This document shows positions 1-12,599 of a stretch of DNA of 64,000 nt, piece by piece. The notes beneath the pieces were generated by a model that saw only the letters and a list, made by a program, of their open reading frames with translations, did no database searches and was not told where the DNA came from. Numbering within the stretch: position 1 is the first letter of the stretch; each line of letters begins with the position of its first letter. Made by a program: the position numbers and the translations under genes. Source of the stretch: Dicyema japonicum (lineage: Eukaryota > Animalia > Dicyemida); assembly GCA_011109175.1 (NCBI GenBank), contig RDEW01000041.1:248001-312000 (forward strand), read 5' to 3'.

Positions 1-2030
1 CCTAGGAGTACCCCATTAGGAGATAGCCTAGAGACTGATCGATATCCCCAAGGCAGAATATTTCTTCCGATCGCTAAGAAAGTTAGCCAAACAGAGTTTA
101 AAATTCCCAGGAATCTCCGTCTGATTTACCAAGTAAAATTCTCTCTGGGAAAGGAGTCGAAGGCTGTCAACTGAGCATAATACTGTCTCCCAATATCTGG
201 GGTTGTGGAGCAGCCAGAGCGAATAAAGTCAGAGATCAGATCGATAATTGTTGACTCCACACTGGAACGGTTTATCAGAAAAAATTTCCCTGACTTTCAC
301 AAGGATGAGCTTCCCCAAGATTTTGGACATTGACCACGACTGATCTGAACGTATTCATTCCTTGCGTTGCATTGAAAGATCATTTTGACTGTAATTGGTC
401 AAAGGACTATCATCAGGACTAGACTATCATAAACGTTCGATAGATGAAGCCGCAAAAATCATCAGTGTGGCCATTAAAAGGCTGGCAACACATTTATTCC
501 TCTTTCATCATACACGAATTTTATACCCTCAATTCCTGGACACTTACACTCATAAAACGAAGGAACCAAACGAAAAGATGCCATTGAAATCCATCAGACA
601 ACTAAACAAAAGTATCAACCAGAGCATAAAAAACCATCAAGATCAGAGGTGGCGTCACTTAATCAATCCCCTTAACGGGAAAAGTTCATCTCACCAATTT
701 TGGAAAACATTAAAACAAATTAAATCAGAGTTGTAAGATGTGAATGGACCTGTAACCCCTCTTTCGAACACTAAAAAACTCACGAGCCTGCGGCCCAGAC
801 AAAGTATCTTCAATTCACCTGAAACACCTAAGCAAATACTACCCTAACGAAAATTTCTAACCTGTCCGTTAACTGGAACACTATCTCCCAAATAAGACCG
901 GAAAACCAAAATGAGATCCCAGTTCATACAGACCAATCTCATTGACCTCTACTATATCAAAAGTGTTGGAAAGTTGATCCTATCTGAAATTACCCCTTCC
1001 CTAACTCCACCGAATTTCCAACACGGATTCCGTTCTGGAAGATCAACCACGACTTTCTTATCAACGCTTTCGCAGTCCATTGCGGATGGTTTCAACACCA
1101 CCCCAAAACACATGAGGACAACAATGGTCTCGATTGACATCAACAAGACGTTTGACTCGGTACCGAGGAAACATTTAATTAGAAAAATCTCTGATTTAAA
1201 AATTTGCCCTAACTTTAAGCTATGGCTGGCCAATTTTTTATCTGGAAGACGTGGGAGGGTCATCTGTGGCCACCTCAGATCACGTTTACTGCCAAACGGA
1301 GTGCCCCAAGGTTCCCCTTTGTACCCCACTCTATTCAACCTTTACTCCACGACCTGCCAGCAGACATTGACAAAAACTTCCTACTGCTTTCTTATTCTGA
1401 CGATATCATCATTGCAACAAGAAGCAGTCTCACTCGCACAGAAGAAAGTGGATTGTATCCACGATTGGTTGATAGCTAACCGTCTCTCGGTATCGGCTCC
1501 AAAATCAACATGCACTCTATTTACCTCCGACCTTCGGTCCAAAAAAGAACCAGAAATATTCATCGGACATTCTCGGCTACCTGTCACAAGAAACCCTTCA
1601 ATCCTGGGAATGACATACGACAGGCTGCTTAATTTTACCTACCATGCCAAAAAAGTCTTCACCAAAGGACTACAGAAATTGAATGTCACACGGGCCCTCA
1701 TCCAGAAGACCCCAGCGAATATGAGTAAAGAAATCGGAACCATCTGCTGAAGGAATCTACAACTCGTAGATGTCGTTCCGGATTTCTCCGCATTTGCGAG
1801 GAAGATGGACACCCACTCACTGTTCCACGCAAAAGAAAATCGGTTGGCTAAGAAATTTCCGTCCCCAATCGGCTTCCTCTGCAAGGATCAAAGAAGGCAT
1901 TTCCGTTCGACAGTGGGAACAAGAGACGCACAGCTTCGATGGCACGTTTGGTTGCGGGAACTGGGATCACCTAACTAGTTGACATTTTGTCTTTCTTTCT
2001 CGGTGACCCCGGGGTTAATAAATAAACAAA
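1..2030 (+). mobile_element. Degenerate APE-type non-LTR retrotransposon (family A); RT remnant and 3' end
   Basis: ORF 911-1750 has RT motifs QHGFRSGRST, SIDINKTFDSV, GVPQGSPLYPTLF, and YSDD in a shifted frame. It ends in a CTCGG-loop-CCGGG hairpin followed by AATAAATAAAC at 1999-2030. The 5' boundary runs off the window. Confidence 0.8.
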
Positions 2031-2689
2031 AAGCGTATTAGATTAAGTTTGGACATATGCTATTATTTAGTTTGTTTTTGACATCACTTTATTCTTAAGA
2101 GGAAGAGTTTTCTTGGTGGTAATATTCACCAGTGGACTTGGTCAGGCTGAAGGTAGGAAGATCCCTTTCAAGAACTGTGTCGTGTCAGAGGAGCTCATCA
2201 CCTTATGGTGGGATCTGGTTGACGTGAATTGACTTTCTTTCGGATTCGAACCCAAGACAATCAGATCCGATGTCATCCCCAATAAGACTATAAGTTTATT
2301 GGTCGTTGCATAAAATTACTTGGATATATCAACGATATCCTACTATGCCAAAAATGAGAACAATTTCAATAATTCGGATCGCAGTTGTCCGCGGAAACGC
2401 TTACTCCGTAATGTCAGCAGCCGCTCTCCCCCATAGTTAATAAATAATATTTAGTTAATTTAATTACTAAATTAATTAAGTGATCTCGAAGACCTTCATC
2501 AGATTTCTCATTTTCTCCTCGTGCGCCTTCTGGGATCCAACACAACTTCTCTGTGGGCGGGGTGGTTTCGGGAATAGGAATTGGAGAGGGGTGATGTATA
2601 CACTTCTCATAAGACACGTCGTGGCTGTGTATTGTTGAGAGTTGCACTGCCTTTGCTGAATTAATACTAATTATATTTTAACGAAACAA

Positions 2690-3660
2690 CGAGTCACAAG
2701 TAATTAATTAATTAGCTAATCTCCTCTTCTTGGGGCCAACGTCAATTGTCAGTATAGGTGTGTTTTCGTTGTCGCACAACCCACATTCCGAGACTCCCCT
2801 AGGTCGACATTCCTTATCAGCTTCCTCCTCATCAGGTATCGATACTCCATGTCTATCTTCAGCTTGCATGCTCTCCAACGTCTTTCTCAATACTAACGTT
2901 TGGATGTACGCTTTCACCCTTTCCTCCAGTTTGAGGGCATCCAGATGGCCCTTGAAGAATCTCGAAACAATCCCATCCCAGGTAATGACTACAGGGATTA
3001 TTTTTACCTTTGCGCGATGAATACATCCGAGTTCGTTCGCCAGTAAGTCATACTTATGGAACTTTTCCACCTCGACTTGCTTGAGGCAGTTTTGGGACGT
3101 GATCCCAATTTCAACGAGAGTAATCGTATTACGCACCTTATCATGAACGAAAATATCGGGTTTGTTATTCTGTACAGCCGTATCTGTACTAATCGTTGTG
3201 TCTACACGAATCTCCACAAATTCATTTGAGACAACAGATTGGACTGAGTGGGTCTTCAGTTTCTTAGTTTTTCTTATTCCATATTGACGGCAGAGGTGTA
3301 AGTGAATACATCTGACCACCTCGTTATGCCGCCTGAGATACGAGCTATTCAGCATTCTCCCACATCTAGTTGCAAGGTGATCAACGGTCTTCTTTCCTGA
3401 GTTACAATGTTTGCACTTGGCTTCTCCATTATCAAAAAACATGTTACGATCCTGAAGCAGACACAGCCTTCCTTCGGTTACAGGAGAATGATTTCCATGA
3501 ACTAACCACCCTGAGGATTCAGCAATATTCACTTCGGTATCTTTCAGACACTCAAATAGAATAGAGTGCAGCGGTTTCTCTTCAATTTTTCCCAGTAGAT
3601 ATTCATGTTGTATTTCCATCAATTTCAACATTGTCAAATCTTCACATTTTCAATGTTGTA
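2690..3660 (-). mobile_element. 5'-truncated RLE-type (NeSL/R4-like) non-LTR retrotransposon: CCHC knuckle plus restriction-like endonuclease
   Basis: The uninterrupted ORF 3637-2708 contains CKHC..TVDHLATRC, RRHNEV, KPDI, EIGIT, EKFHKYDLLANELG and IIPVVITWDG. No RT domain is present upstream. Confidence 0.85.
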
Positions 3661-4099
3661 CTTTCTTTGCTGAATATATGGATTTTATTAAATAAAAATT
3701 TACAACAAATTGGTATTTAATGAATAATCGCGCTAATATTTCAGTTAATAGCCTTTCATACATTCATTTATTGGAGTCATCTGTTTATGATTCCAATTTT
3801 TTTATTATAAAAATTAATAACTAATGATTCCTTCACCCTCCACAAGCCACGCTCGTTCAAGTAGCTCCAATTTTGGCCAAACTAAATTTGAACACAGAAG
3901 TGATGAGAAATTAGATGCAATTCAATAGTAAGCAACAAATAAAATATATTCAGTTCCCATGGTCGAAGACCACATATAAGTCAATCTATTTCTATCAGTT
4001 ATAGGAACCTTTTCAATTGAATGGTTCAAACAATACTTCTCTTTGGCACTGGGGGATACCTGAGAAAATGGATCACGTGAAATCACTCTATTAGAACAT

Positions 4100-5130
4100 A
4101 GAAGATGATTATTATTATTTAAGCCAAAGAAACACCGTCTTAACCAATAACTAATATTCAGGTGATCCCGGCATCTCTCAATAATCGGGCCATTTTTTCT
4201 CGATGCTCCGACCGTGATCCCACGCATTTTCTATACGGACGGGGGTTTTTTTCCTTTCCTCTTCTGAAATTGCCTCCAGTTGCTTCTATGATAGACTCGA
4301 GTGCTCTGGGGGCAAATTCTTTATCTGTATATTTTTCTAGTAATTTTTTTGCTCTTGACTGGATCTCTTGAATTTTTGTTAGGTTCGTTGCCGACAGGTT
4401 AGATCCCAATGCACCACATGCATAGCCTATTGTTGGCTCGACATACTGCTTATAGAGGGTCCCGATACCTGGCGGATAAATTTCTCCACAGTTCCAAAGG
4501 AATGCCTTTACAAAATTAATCTTCTTTGCACAGGTTGATATGATAGATTCCACATGGGCTGAGAAGCAGAGGAAAGTATCAAAAGTTACTCCCAGTATAT
4601 TCTGCGATTTCTTTTGTGGTATAGGTACTCCATTTAACGTGACATCAATTGTTTGCGTTCCCATCTTTCTATTCTTAGTAAATAGAGTGACTGCTGACTT
4701 TTCGGAACATGCATTTAATCGATTTTCGCACAACCATCCATATATGTTATTTAGTATTCCTTGTAGTCTTTCTTTAGCATGTTCGACATTTACGTCCCTA
4801 GACAACTATGCACCATTGGGTAATAATCCCTATCTGGAACTCTTGTTTCCTACGGACACTTTCCCTCGGCTATCCACTTACGAAATTTGCTAACCATAAC
4901 TTTAAGGTGCATCAATTTTTGTCAAAAATATTTTTCGTATGAGGATCTTCCTTGGGACAGAGTCGAAAGCTTTTTGAATGTCGATCGTACATATGACCGA
5001 TTTTTCCTGTTTTGGCTTGTTCTTTTGTCTTTCAGTTATGAACTTCATTAATGTTGTTAGGAAGGAGGTTGTTGATAATCCTTCCTTGAAGCCATGTTGG
5101 AATGTAGGTTGTGGGAGAGAAGGGCAAATA
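4100..5130 (-). mobile_element. Degenerate family A LINE (RT C-terminal part and 3' end)
   Basis: ORF 4805-4158 (WLCENRLNACSEKS..ILGVTFD) parallels the 911-1750 copy. Upstream frames give CTIDIQKAFDSV and GIITQW..SRDVN RT remnants. Confidence 0.75.
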
Positions 5131-5449
5131 ACTTTTAGATAAGAAACAAAGAAAAGTAAACGAAACGTTCTACCAAGTAACCATGACCATTGTTATAGAA
5201 TGACATTCTATCACTAAGTTGCCTAGTCGATGTGTCACCCTGATGAGCAACAAGGAATTATTAGTTGCTACTGTTGAGGAATCCATATTTACACTTCAAT
5301 TGATAACACGTAAGTGAAATGATTATACAGTTTAAATGGAAGGAACTCTGCCCAATAGATAGTTTCTTTGGCTTGTAGATAATCTTGTTTAAACATTCGC
5401 TGGATGTCATACGGTGAACTTTCAAGACCTTACATATATTGGTTGAATT

Positions 5450-5650
5450 TTCTTCAATAATTCTCCCACTCTCCTTGAGTGGGCTGTCAGCGATCCCAAC
5501 TTCTCCCGGAAGTGTCTCCTCGAATTTCTGCACAAGTCGGTCTGGTGTCTTTCTGGGCTGCTAATACCTATCCAGAAACCTAACAAGGCAAATTGGCTCA
5601 TTTGAAAACCTAATGCCCTACTGAATGTTAGGAGTAAAGTTTTTCTTGTT
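5450..5650 (+). mobile_element. RTE-like (family B) LINE fragment
   Basis: Translates to LLIPIQKPNK..ALLNVRSKV, matching LIPLHKPG..RPVILLETLRKI of the 61.3 kb copy. Confidence 0.45.
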
Positions 5651-6300
5651 TGGCATTTTTCTATTCGCTCAAAAAGAGGATACAGTTATTAAAATGGTAG
5701 AAACTATTGATGGATTCCTTATAGTAGTCGGAGAGAAGATAAACTTTCAACAATCTTCTACCAATCATTACCATGGTTTAATATTTTGGTAGCTTGATGG
5801 ATACTTGTAAATACTAAAGATAAATTGAGTAATATTCTTAATGATGTTATGAATTCAATCAGAATGTTAGAATAACGGAACTATCGAAAACAAAATTCAA
5901 TAAATTTATGCCATAAATATGCTCTTTTCCATATAATTATCATATGGACTGATTAACATGGAACAGTTGTACGGTTGAGACCGGATAATAAGGAGAAATT
6001 TTACGCTTCAAGAAAATATTAACGTCAGTTACCATCAAAGGAGAAATACTGTTTCTCCAATTTTGTAGCAGATAGGATGTCTGTTAGCTGTTTGATGAGG
6101 TAGGAATCCTGCAAATACTTAAAACAAAAAATGCACGTGGCAACAATTACAGTATGTCAAGCCTCTTAATATGGAATTGAAGATAGTTACTAACTTATCT
6201 TACACAATTAATGAGAATCACTTTATTCTGTCTTGTTTATGGAAATATTGAATGGTGGATGGAATAAAAAACGGAAACAATATTAAAAATAATGTAAAAC

Positions 6301-8038
6301 TCAAACCTTGTGAGCCATTCCAACATGACATTGGTTAACCTATAAATAATATAATAAATACTTTTGATGCAAATCTTAATGACGATGTAGTTTCGGGAAG
6401 ATTGACAGAGCGAGGAGAAATATTTACAAACATTAGAGTTTTTGAATTCCCTCCAAATGATGGTTGTAATAAACGTGTAAGTTTGCTGTTTCTGTATGGT
6501 ATATGCTTGCTTTTGTTACCAATAGCCATTATCACATTACCTAGTTCACTAAGAGAACGGTTTATGCCTTTCGTCTCTTTTAGCCGTTCACCCACAGCTC
6601 CTGATTGATCAAGTCTCTCACTTCCAGCCAAATCAACAAGCCTAAGTGAACCATTTGATAAGTGATCTTTATAGTTTCCATCCAATTTGAGCTCAAAAAT
6701 ACAATGAGACCGAGACGAATAAACATTACATTTTGTTTCTCCCACAGCCCTGTTATACTGGGCACGTCTTAATAGTTCTTTTATCTATAAAATCACAAAT
6801 AAAGAAAACTTGGGATTGATTTTCAACTTTAACCACATCCCTTTTATTTACTGTAACAACAGGTACGTTATATTTCCTCCCAGATTTGTAATTGAGTAAA
6901 TCAATAACTAGTTAATTGTATATTTCCACAATAGAAACAGCCATTTCATACTACATTGTCAGTCTAATAGAAAACTTTCCATCCAATACTTCTCAAACTT
7001 TCTATTGAATCAATAATATAGCCAAAAGAACGGGGAATTATTCCAATGAGAGAACTATCACTATTACTTCCCTCCATAGAGAATGTCTTTCCCGACCCAG
7101 TTTGTCCATATGCGAAAATACAGACATTATAACCATCCACTGCACTCTTAGGATTTATCACCTAAATTACCTGAATAATATCCTTTACTTCACTAAATAT
7201 AGACAACTGGTCACTGTATGGTCAAACACCTAGTCAAACGCAAACTCTAGTTTTGATGTATCTTTATTTGCCTTAATTGTAAATATGAATATACCTCATT
7301 CAGAATAGGTCTACTGTTAATAGAGATGTGTTTACTGTCTATATATTCGATAGGTGACACGTCTCCCGGTAGGAGAGGAACCGACTCTACAGTAAACTTG
7401 AATATTTCCCTTAAATTAACAACAATCAACACCTTTAATTCCTGTACAAGATTATGAAGTTGTCTTCTGTCTCCCTCATACTCTCGAATCAAAACCTCAC
7501 AACTTTGTACGTCATTATAGATGCCACTGAATGTTTTTTCCAGGTCCATAAATTCATTCTTTGATCATAATAACATTTACCTGTAGTTCTTCATTCTCAA
7601 GTTTATCTTTGGCCAAATTTATGTTGGAGATGGTCAGATCTTCCGTAACAATATTTGATTCATTTTTAGTAGATGCTACAGTATCCTCCTTAGAATTACA
7701 AATAATCGTTTATTCATCCAAGTTTGCTTTCAATAATCTAAATTGTCAATTCAAAATACTCGATTTGTTTCATTTTATTTTCGTTAGAAAAAGAAGCTTT
7801 AGTTTCTGCAGTAGTTTTCTCGGTTTTAATTTGTTTAAGCTTTTTTCTATATCATCAAGTCTTCCTTTAAAATCAAAGGGATTTCTAACAGCTTTGGATT
7901 TTAATAAGTTTGCTATATTGTTATTTCAAATAATATACTTATTGTTCTGGTTTTTGAAGTTTGGTGGCTCATCTAGTCGTACCAACAAGGAAATAATATT
8001 CTTACCTCTTGTTTATTAAATATAATTTTTAATTTCAT
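6301..8038 (-). CDS. KIFC1: Kinesin-14 (KIFC1/Ncd/Kar3-like C-terminal motor), multi-exon; contains 3 in-frame stop codons and about 3 frameshifts, so possibly a young pseudogene
   Basis: An N-terminal coiled coil is followed by [54 protein letters not shown] and [18 protein letters not shown]. Micro-introns include 6340-6361 (22 nt) and 6785-6809 (25 nt). The stop is TGA at 6301. The 5' exons and start codon are uncertain. Confidence 0.85.
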
Positions 8039-8099
8039 TTTAACGAATATAATAATTTATTAATATTTAATTATATCAACGTGACATAAGAATAAATTA

Positions 8100-9180
8100 T
8101 CAAATTTCATCAATGCAAAGAAACAGTTCATAAACCAACAGTCCATAAACTTGAGAAGTAAGAAGTACTAACTATAACGTGGAAAATGGTATTTATATAG
8201 GAATGAAACCGAACGTGTACTCAAGGACTTTTCTTGTACATTTTTCCATCTATGAGGTTGTTGTTATGCTTTTTACAAGCAGACAAGAAATATATCCCTC
8301 GTGGTTTCATATTGAATCGTGGTTTTCACTTCTTTCAGAAATTGTCGAATTATTTTGAAAACGCTGGAAGATTAACTCGATGCGTTCTAGTAAAGGAAAG
8401 ATTGAATCCCAGAAATTAAAAACAAATTGACGATTCAAAAACACAAGAACAAAGAATGGAATGATTTTATCTCCATTATTAATCCGTATTAGGACAATCG
8501 AGCTTTCCGGAAAACTTTTAAAAAGATTCACTCAGGACAAACGTCCCCTTGTTACTGGTCTTTTTAATCTCTTTGTTATCCTTCCGAGATTATTATAACT
8601 TACTTATAAATTACTATACAAATGTCAGCCACTTTCCTACAACAAAAGATCTTTGCTGTATGTGCTCTGGAAGTCCTATTCTGAAGCCTAACCACGACCC
8701 TTCTGATCCTTCTTATCGTCCCTCTTTTTCTGTTGTCCCAAAGATTGCTGAAAGTTCTACTATTTTTAATCAACCCGTACCTGTCATTTGCCGAATCCCA
8801 GCATGGGTTTCTTGCATATTCGACTACAACACATCGATCTAAACTAACTCAATTCACTGCTGTTGGATTTAATGACAATAAAACTCCGACAATTGTTGCA
8901 TATATTGATATCAACAAAGCTTTTGACCGATCTTTGAGACACGTTCTGAACAGGAAAATTTTTGCTACAGATATCACGTCCCGTTTGAAAATATGGTTAC
9001 TCACTTTTCTCTCGCTCGTCTTGGACATTCCTTTATTATTTCAAACTACTCTCGTTATTTATACCTTCCAAACGGAGTTCCTCAAAGTTTGGTCATTATT
9101 ACAAGTTTTCTAAAAACCACACCAACTGACCACTACACTTGGAATCAAAAATTCTCCCACCGGGGGTAAATAAATAAACA
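8100..9180 (+). mobile_element. Degenerate family A LINE
   Basis: Translation remnants include YRPSFSVVPKIAES, AYIDINKAFDR and GVPQ. It ends with a CTCCC-ACC-GGGGG hairpin plus AAATAAATAAAC at 9154-9180. Confidence 0.7.
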
Positions 9181-9329
9181 GTTCACCAATGTTGTGGTGG
9201 TGATATACATCAGATATGAAACAGTACCTTTCTTCTTGAAACGTAGATGGTGTCGTATTTTTTCTTACTTCAGGGGACGTCAAACCCAATCCAGGACCGG
9301 CCTTGACTATCAGCTAAATTAATATAAAT

Positions 9330-9660
9330 GATATTTTTATTAAAATTACTGAACTACGGCGTTTTATTATGGTGGATATTGCTTCATTTCAAGAAACGAA
9401 ACTCTCCCCCAAAAACCTAACCCCAACTTTCTCCGAATAATCAGTGTTTAGCAGAGACCGAAGACTCGGAAGAGGTAGAGGCCTCCTTACCATCGCAAGA
9501 AGTCAGATCCATGTCGATGATTTATCGGATAAAATTTCAACTCGTTTCCTCCTCTAGATCCTCAAACTATCGTCAACTTCTCACGTGAATTTTGACTTGG
9601 CTTCACGTCTTTAGGGTTGCCTCTACTTTTTCCAGATGGAGAACTTCCCCTCAAGTGACG
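9330..9660 (+). mobile_element. APE endonuclease fragment of a LINE
   Basis: DIASFQETKL and RDRRLGRGRGLL are APE N-terminal motifs. Confidence 0.55.
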
Positions 9661-9669
9661 TGGTGTTTG

Positions 9670-9915
9670 ATTTTCAAGCGCCCAATGAGTTCATTCCTAT
9701 GGGCCGAATCAAACTTTCTTCAAAGAAATCGCTGAAACAAGAGCCCTCATTAAGAAACAGACTAAAGGAGTGGGGGAGAGCAAATGATTCTTTTTCGCGT
9801 GCTAGTCTGGCATGATCAAATGACGCCACTCTAATAGGAAAGGAAAGTGGAGGAACAGACAAAACAAACAGAGATCTTCAACCAATTAGCCGCGTAGCAT
9901 CACATGGCGTCACGC
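9670..9915 (-). repeat. Interspersed repeat, probably a LINE 5' region; second copy at about 17960-18120
   Basis: The sequence TTTTTCGCG..ATGACGCCACTCTA..GGAGGAACAGACAAA.CAAACAGA..CTTCAAC..CACATGGC..CACGCG is shared with 17970-18118. Confidence 0.65.
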
Positions 9916-9999
9916 GACAAAATATTATTAAATATATATCAGGTCAAAATTTCGGATTTTTAAAGTCAAAAAATCGCCCTAGTTATGACTGATATTCAC

Positions 10000-11010
10000 G
10001 TAGTACTTCATAAGGTCATTGGGATTTGGACTTGGCTCTCGGTGTCCAATTTAATGTGAAGAGGACTTCTTGAACCTCCTTATCGATTTCCATAATACAA
10101 TGGAATAAGTATTATTCTTAGCTTTTTTCTGCACGACTTCCCAACGTTCATTGTTGTGTTTTGCTATAAAAATGCAAGGTAATTTGAATATTAATGTTAA
10201 AAGACGAAAATAATTATGAAACTTCCCTTGTTCCTCCTCAAAGCAGACTTGTTCATTTTCCTCCAAATTTTGGGCCATGACAGATTCGAACTCAAAGTGA
10301 AACACTTCTTCGAAACTTCATGTATTCAATGACTCCATCATTTGTCCATCCACAAGAGAAAGAGAATGAAAAATCACGTTTTGAGAAGAAAAAGATCTTA
10401 TGGTCACTGTCAGAATCCACTCCTCCATACGATCTCGAAGACAACAGGAGAGATTTTTCTTCGGCATATGACGTAGTTTATTTGTCGTGGTACAAATTCT
10501 TTTTTAGTCCACGTAGTTTTAGGACGAGTGAGGTTTCAAAAGCAGGTGTTGCATAAAAGAAGACTAAATTCTAGACAGAAGCTGGATAGTGTCGATCCAG
10601 GGAAGTTCTATGCCGACTTATAAAGATCTCATGTCCTTTTTGGACTCCTACCTTCGTATTCAGTCTCCTGCAACAATGGGAAGATTGAAGTTCCGTCCTT
10701 GTCCTCCTCAATTTCTATTAGAAGTGGTCAAGTTCTTTAGGATTTCTCATATCACGTCCACTGATGGATCATAGATATTTATGATCGCAGTAAGCCTCCT
10801 TGACTCTTAATAAAGATCTTTTTTTAATTGTATTACAAGGATCCTGTCCTTAACTTTCAACTATCTGTAAAAATATGCGACAGTTTAGCATTAACACTCT
10901 GACATTGTCCATGCTCCTAGTACAATCCGTCTACCATCTCTTGTTTCCTGCATGCAGAATACTGATCCGCCATATTTTTGAATTTCCGTAAACAATGCGT
11001 TTCTTTGTCA
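10000..11010 (-). mobile_element. Degenerate APE endonuclease region of an RTE-like LINE
   Basis: Minus-strand remnants include VFCMQET, INIYDP and VAGD, interrupted by many stops. Confidence 0.5.
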
Positions 11011-11161
11011 CATCTTTAAGTCTTCTGGTGTGAAAGTAAGAAAGTTTAGTTTTTTTTGAAATCTCTCAACTATCATTAAACATGATATAATAAATAAAAT
11101 TATTAAGGTTTAGAAATATAATTTTTAAATACAATTAATTATTTTGGCTCTTGTGTGAAAG

Positions 11162-12097
11162 ATGGGTGGTGATGGTGGAAGCATACCTCAATAGAACAGA
11201 AATGGTTAAGGAAAGAACCAAACCTCCTAGTGTAAGATATAATAAATAAATTGTAGAGAGATAGAGAATCCATAAAGAATGCTAAATGGACGGCGTATTG
11301 TGCATTTCGCAACATCCACTAAAGAAACCAATAGTTTCATGCAAATATGGAAGGTATTTACATTTTTCTTACAAGACTTTATAATAAGGAGGCCGTTATA
11401 TCATTTTTATTGGATAGGAATTCTCCATTAGCGAGTGAATTTGAGCATATAAAGCGATTAAAGGTTAGTATATATTATTATAATAGCATGTTACAGAACT
11501 TAATTTATGTGAGAATGATTCATTTCTCGAACAAAAGCAGATTTTGGGAAACGGTTATAATGACACATATGTCGCTCCATACAAATGTCCCTTTACAAAT
11601 ATCGAAATGAATGGCCGATACAAGTATTCATTTATATCATTAGATTTTTGTATTTGAAACCATGTGGTTGTGTCTTCTCAAAGAATGCCTTTGATAGTAT
11701 AAATCAAACTACCTGCCCTGTGGTATAAAGTTTTCTTATTTAAGTGCGCAAAATCATTTGACTCCAACAAAGATGTTGTAATTATAAATTCCATTGGAGA
11801 GTATTGTCTCCCCCGTGAGAAACCAATTTCTTGTGATACGAAAGTTAAACCAACGAAACGCAGAATAAAAAGTCAATTTTTTTAATGATTATAGAAATAA
11901 ATACAAAAACTAAGCGAATCATAGATGATGGGATTGATACCAATATAAGAGGAGTTGAAGTTAAAGGTGATACTGTGAGCATTCAAAAAGATGAAAAATC
12001 CACAGAAGTCTATAAATCAATATTCAGTACTAGCAGTAAGGCAATCAATCAAGTTAAGTCTCATTGGGTCACTTATGATCCACAATATTTTTACTGA
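11162..12097 (+). CDS. RTF2: Replication termination factor 2 (RTF2/C20orf43), 7 exons
   Basis: Motifs MGGDGGSIP-RTEMVK, CA-SQHPLKKPIVSCKYGRLYNKEAVI, CPFTNIEMNGRYKF and CGCVFS, ending VYKSIFS..HWVTYDPQYFY*. Introns: 11232-56, 11354-75, 11464-86, 11624-43, 11723-44, 11872-94. There are two 1-nt frameshifts near the 5' end. Confidence 0.9.
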
Positions 12098-12599
12098 TTG
12101 TTTAATAAATTTATTGATTTTATTGTTTGGTGCATTGCTCCTGAGAACGAGGATAAGGGTGTGACCTGATGAGGGAGAGAATTGTTCCTTTTCGTGCACA
12201 TTGATACGGGGCATCATTAGGGAAACCCTTTGTGGTCATTTCAACAACGTAATTATCATCGAATATGCTTGTGCCTTCTAGAGGTTCACTCTCTAGTTTG
12301 ACAAGTAAAAAAACTCTACGCCTTTTATAGAGTCGAAAAGATCCTACTCAAGGGACTTTCTTATCAGAGTCATCTCGGTACAAGGACTGAGTTTCTTTCA
12401 TCTCAATCAAAATTATTATGTTCGTCTGTGTTGCAGTCAAAAATGGTAGGTTTTTCTTAAACATTTGCCCTCATCTCATATACTTTTTGTCTAGACACAA
12501 ACGAGGATACTTCTAGGAAGCGGTGGGGTCTCTCGATGAGCAAGGATAAACATACCAAGGACGACAGGGGGAGCTTGAGTTCAGTTTGATTATTTTTTG

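Noticed and set aside
7561-8019. Long antisense or alternative-frame ORFs (e.g. 7561-8019, 952-1338, 4540-4893, 23846-24358, 56241-56666, 59446-59763, 43130-43333)
   Set aside because: These are shadows of real genes or TE ORFs on the opposite strand or in introns, with no recognisable motifs.
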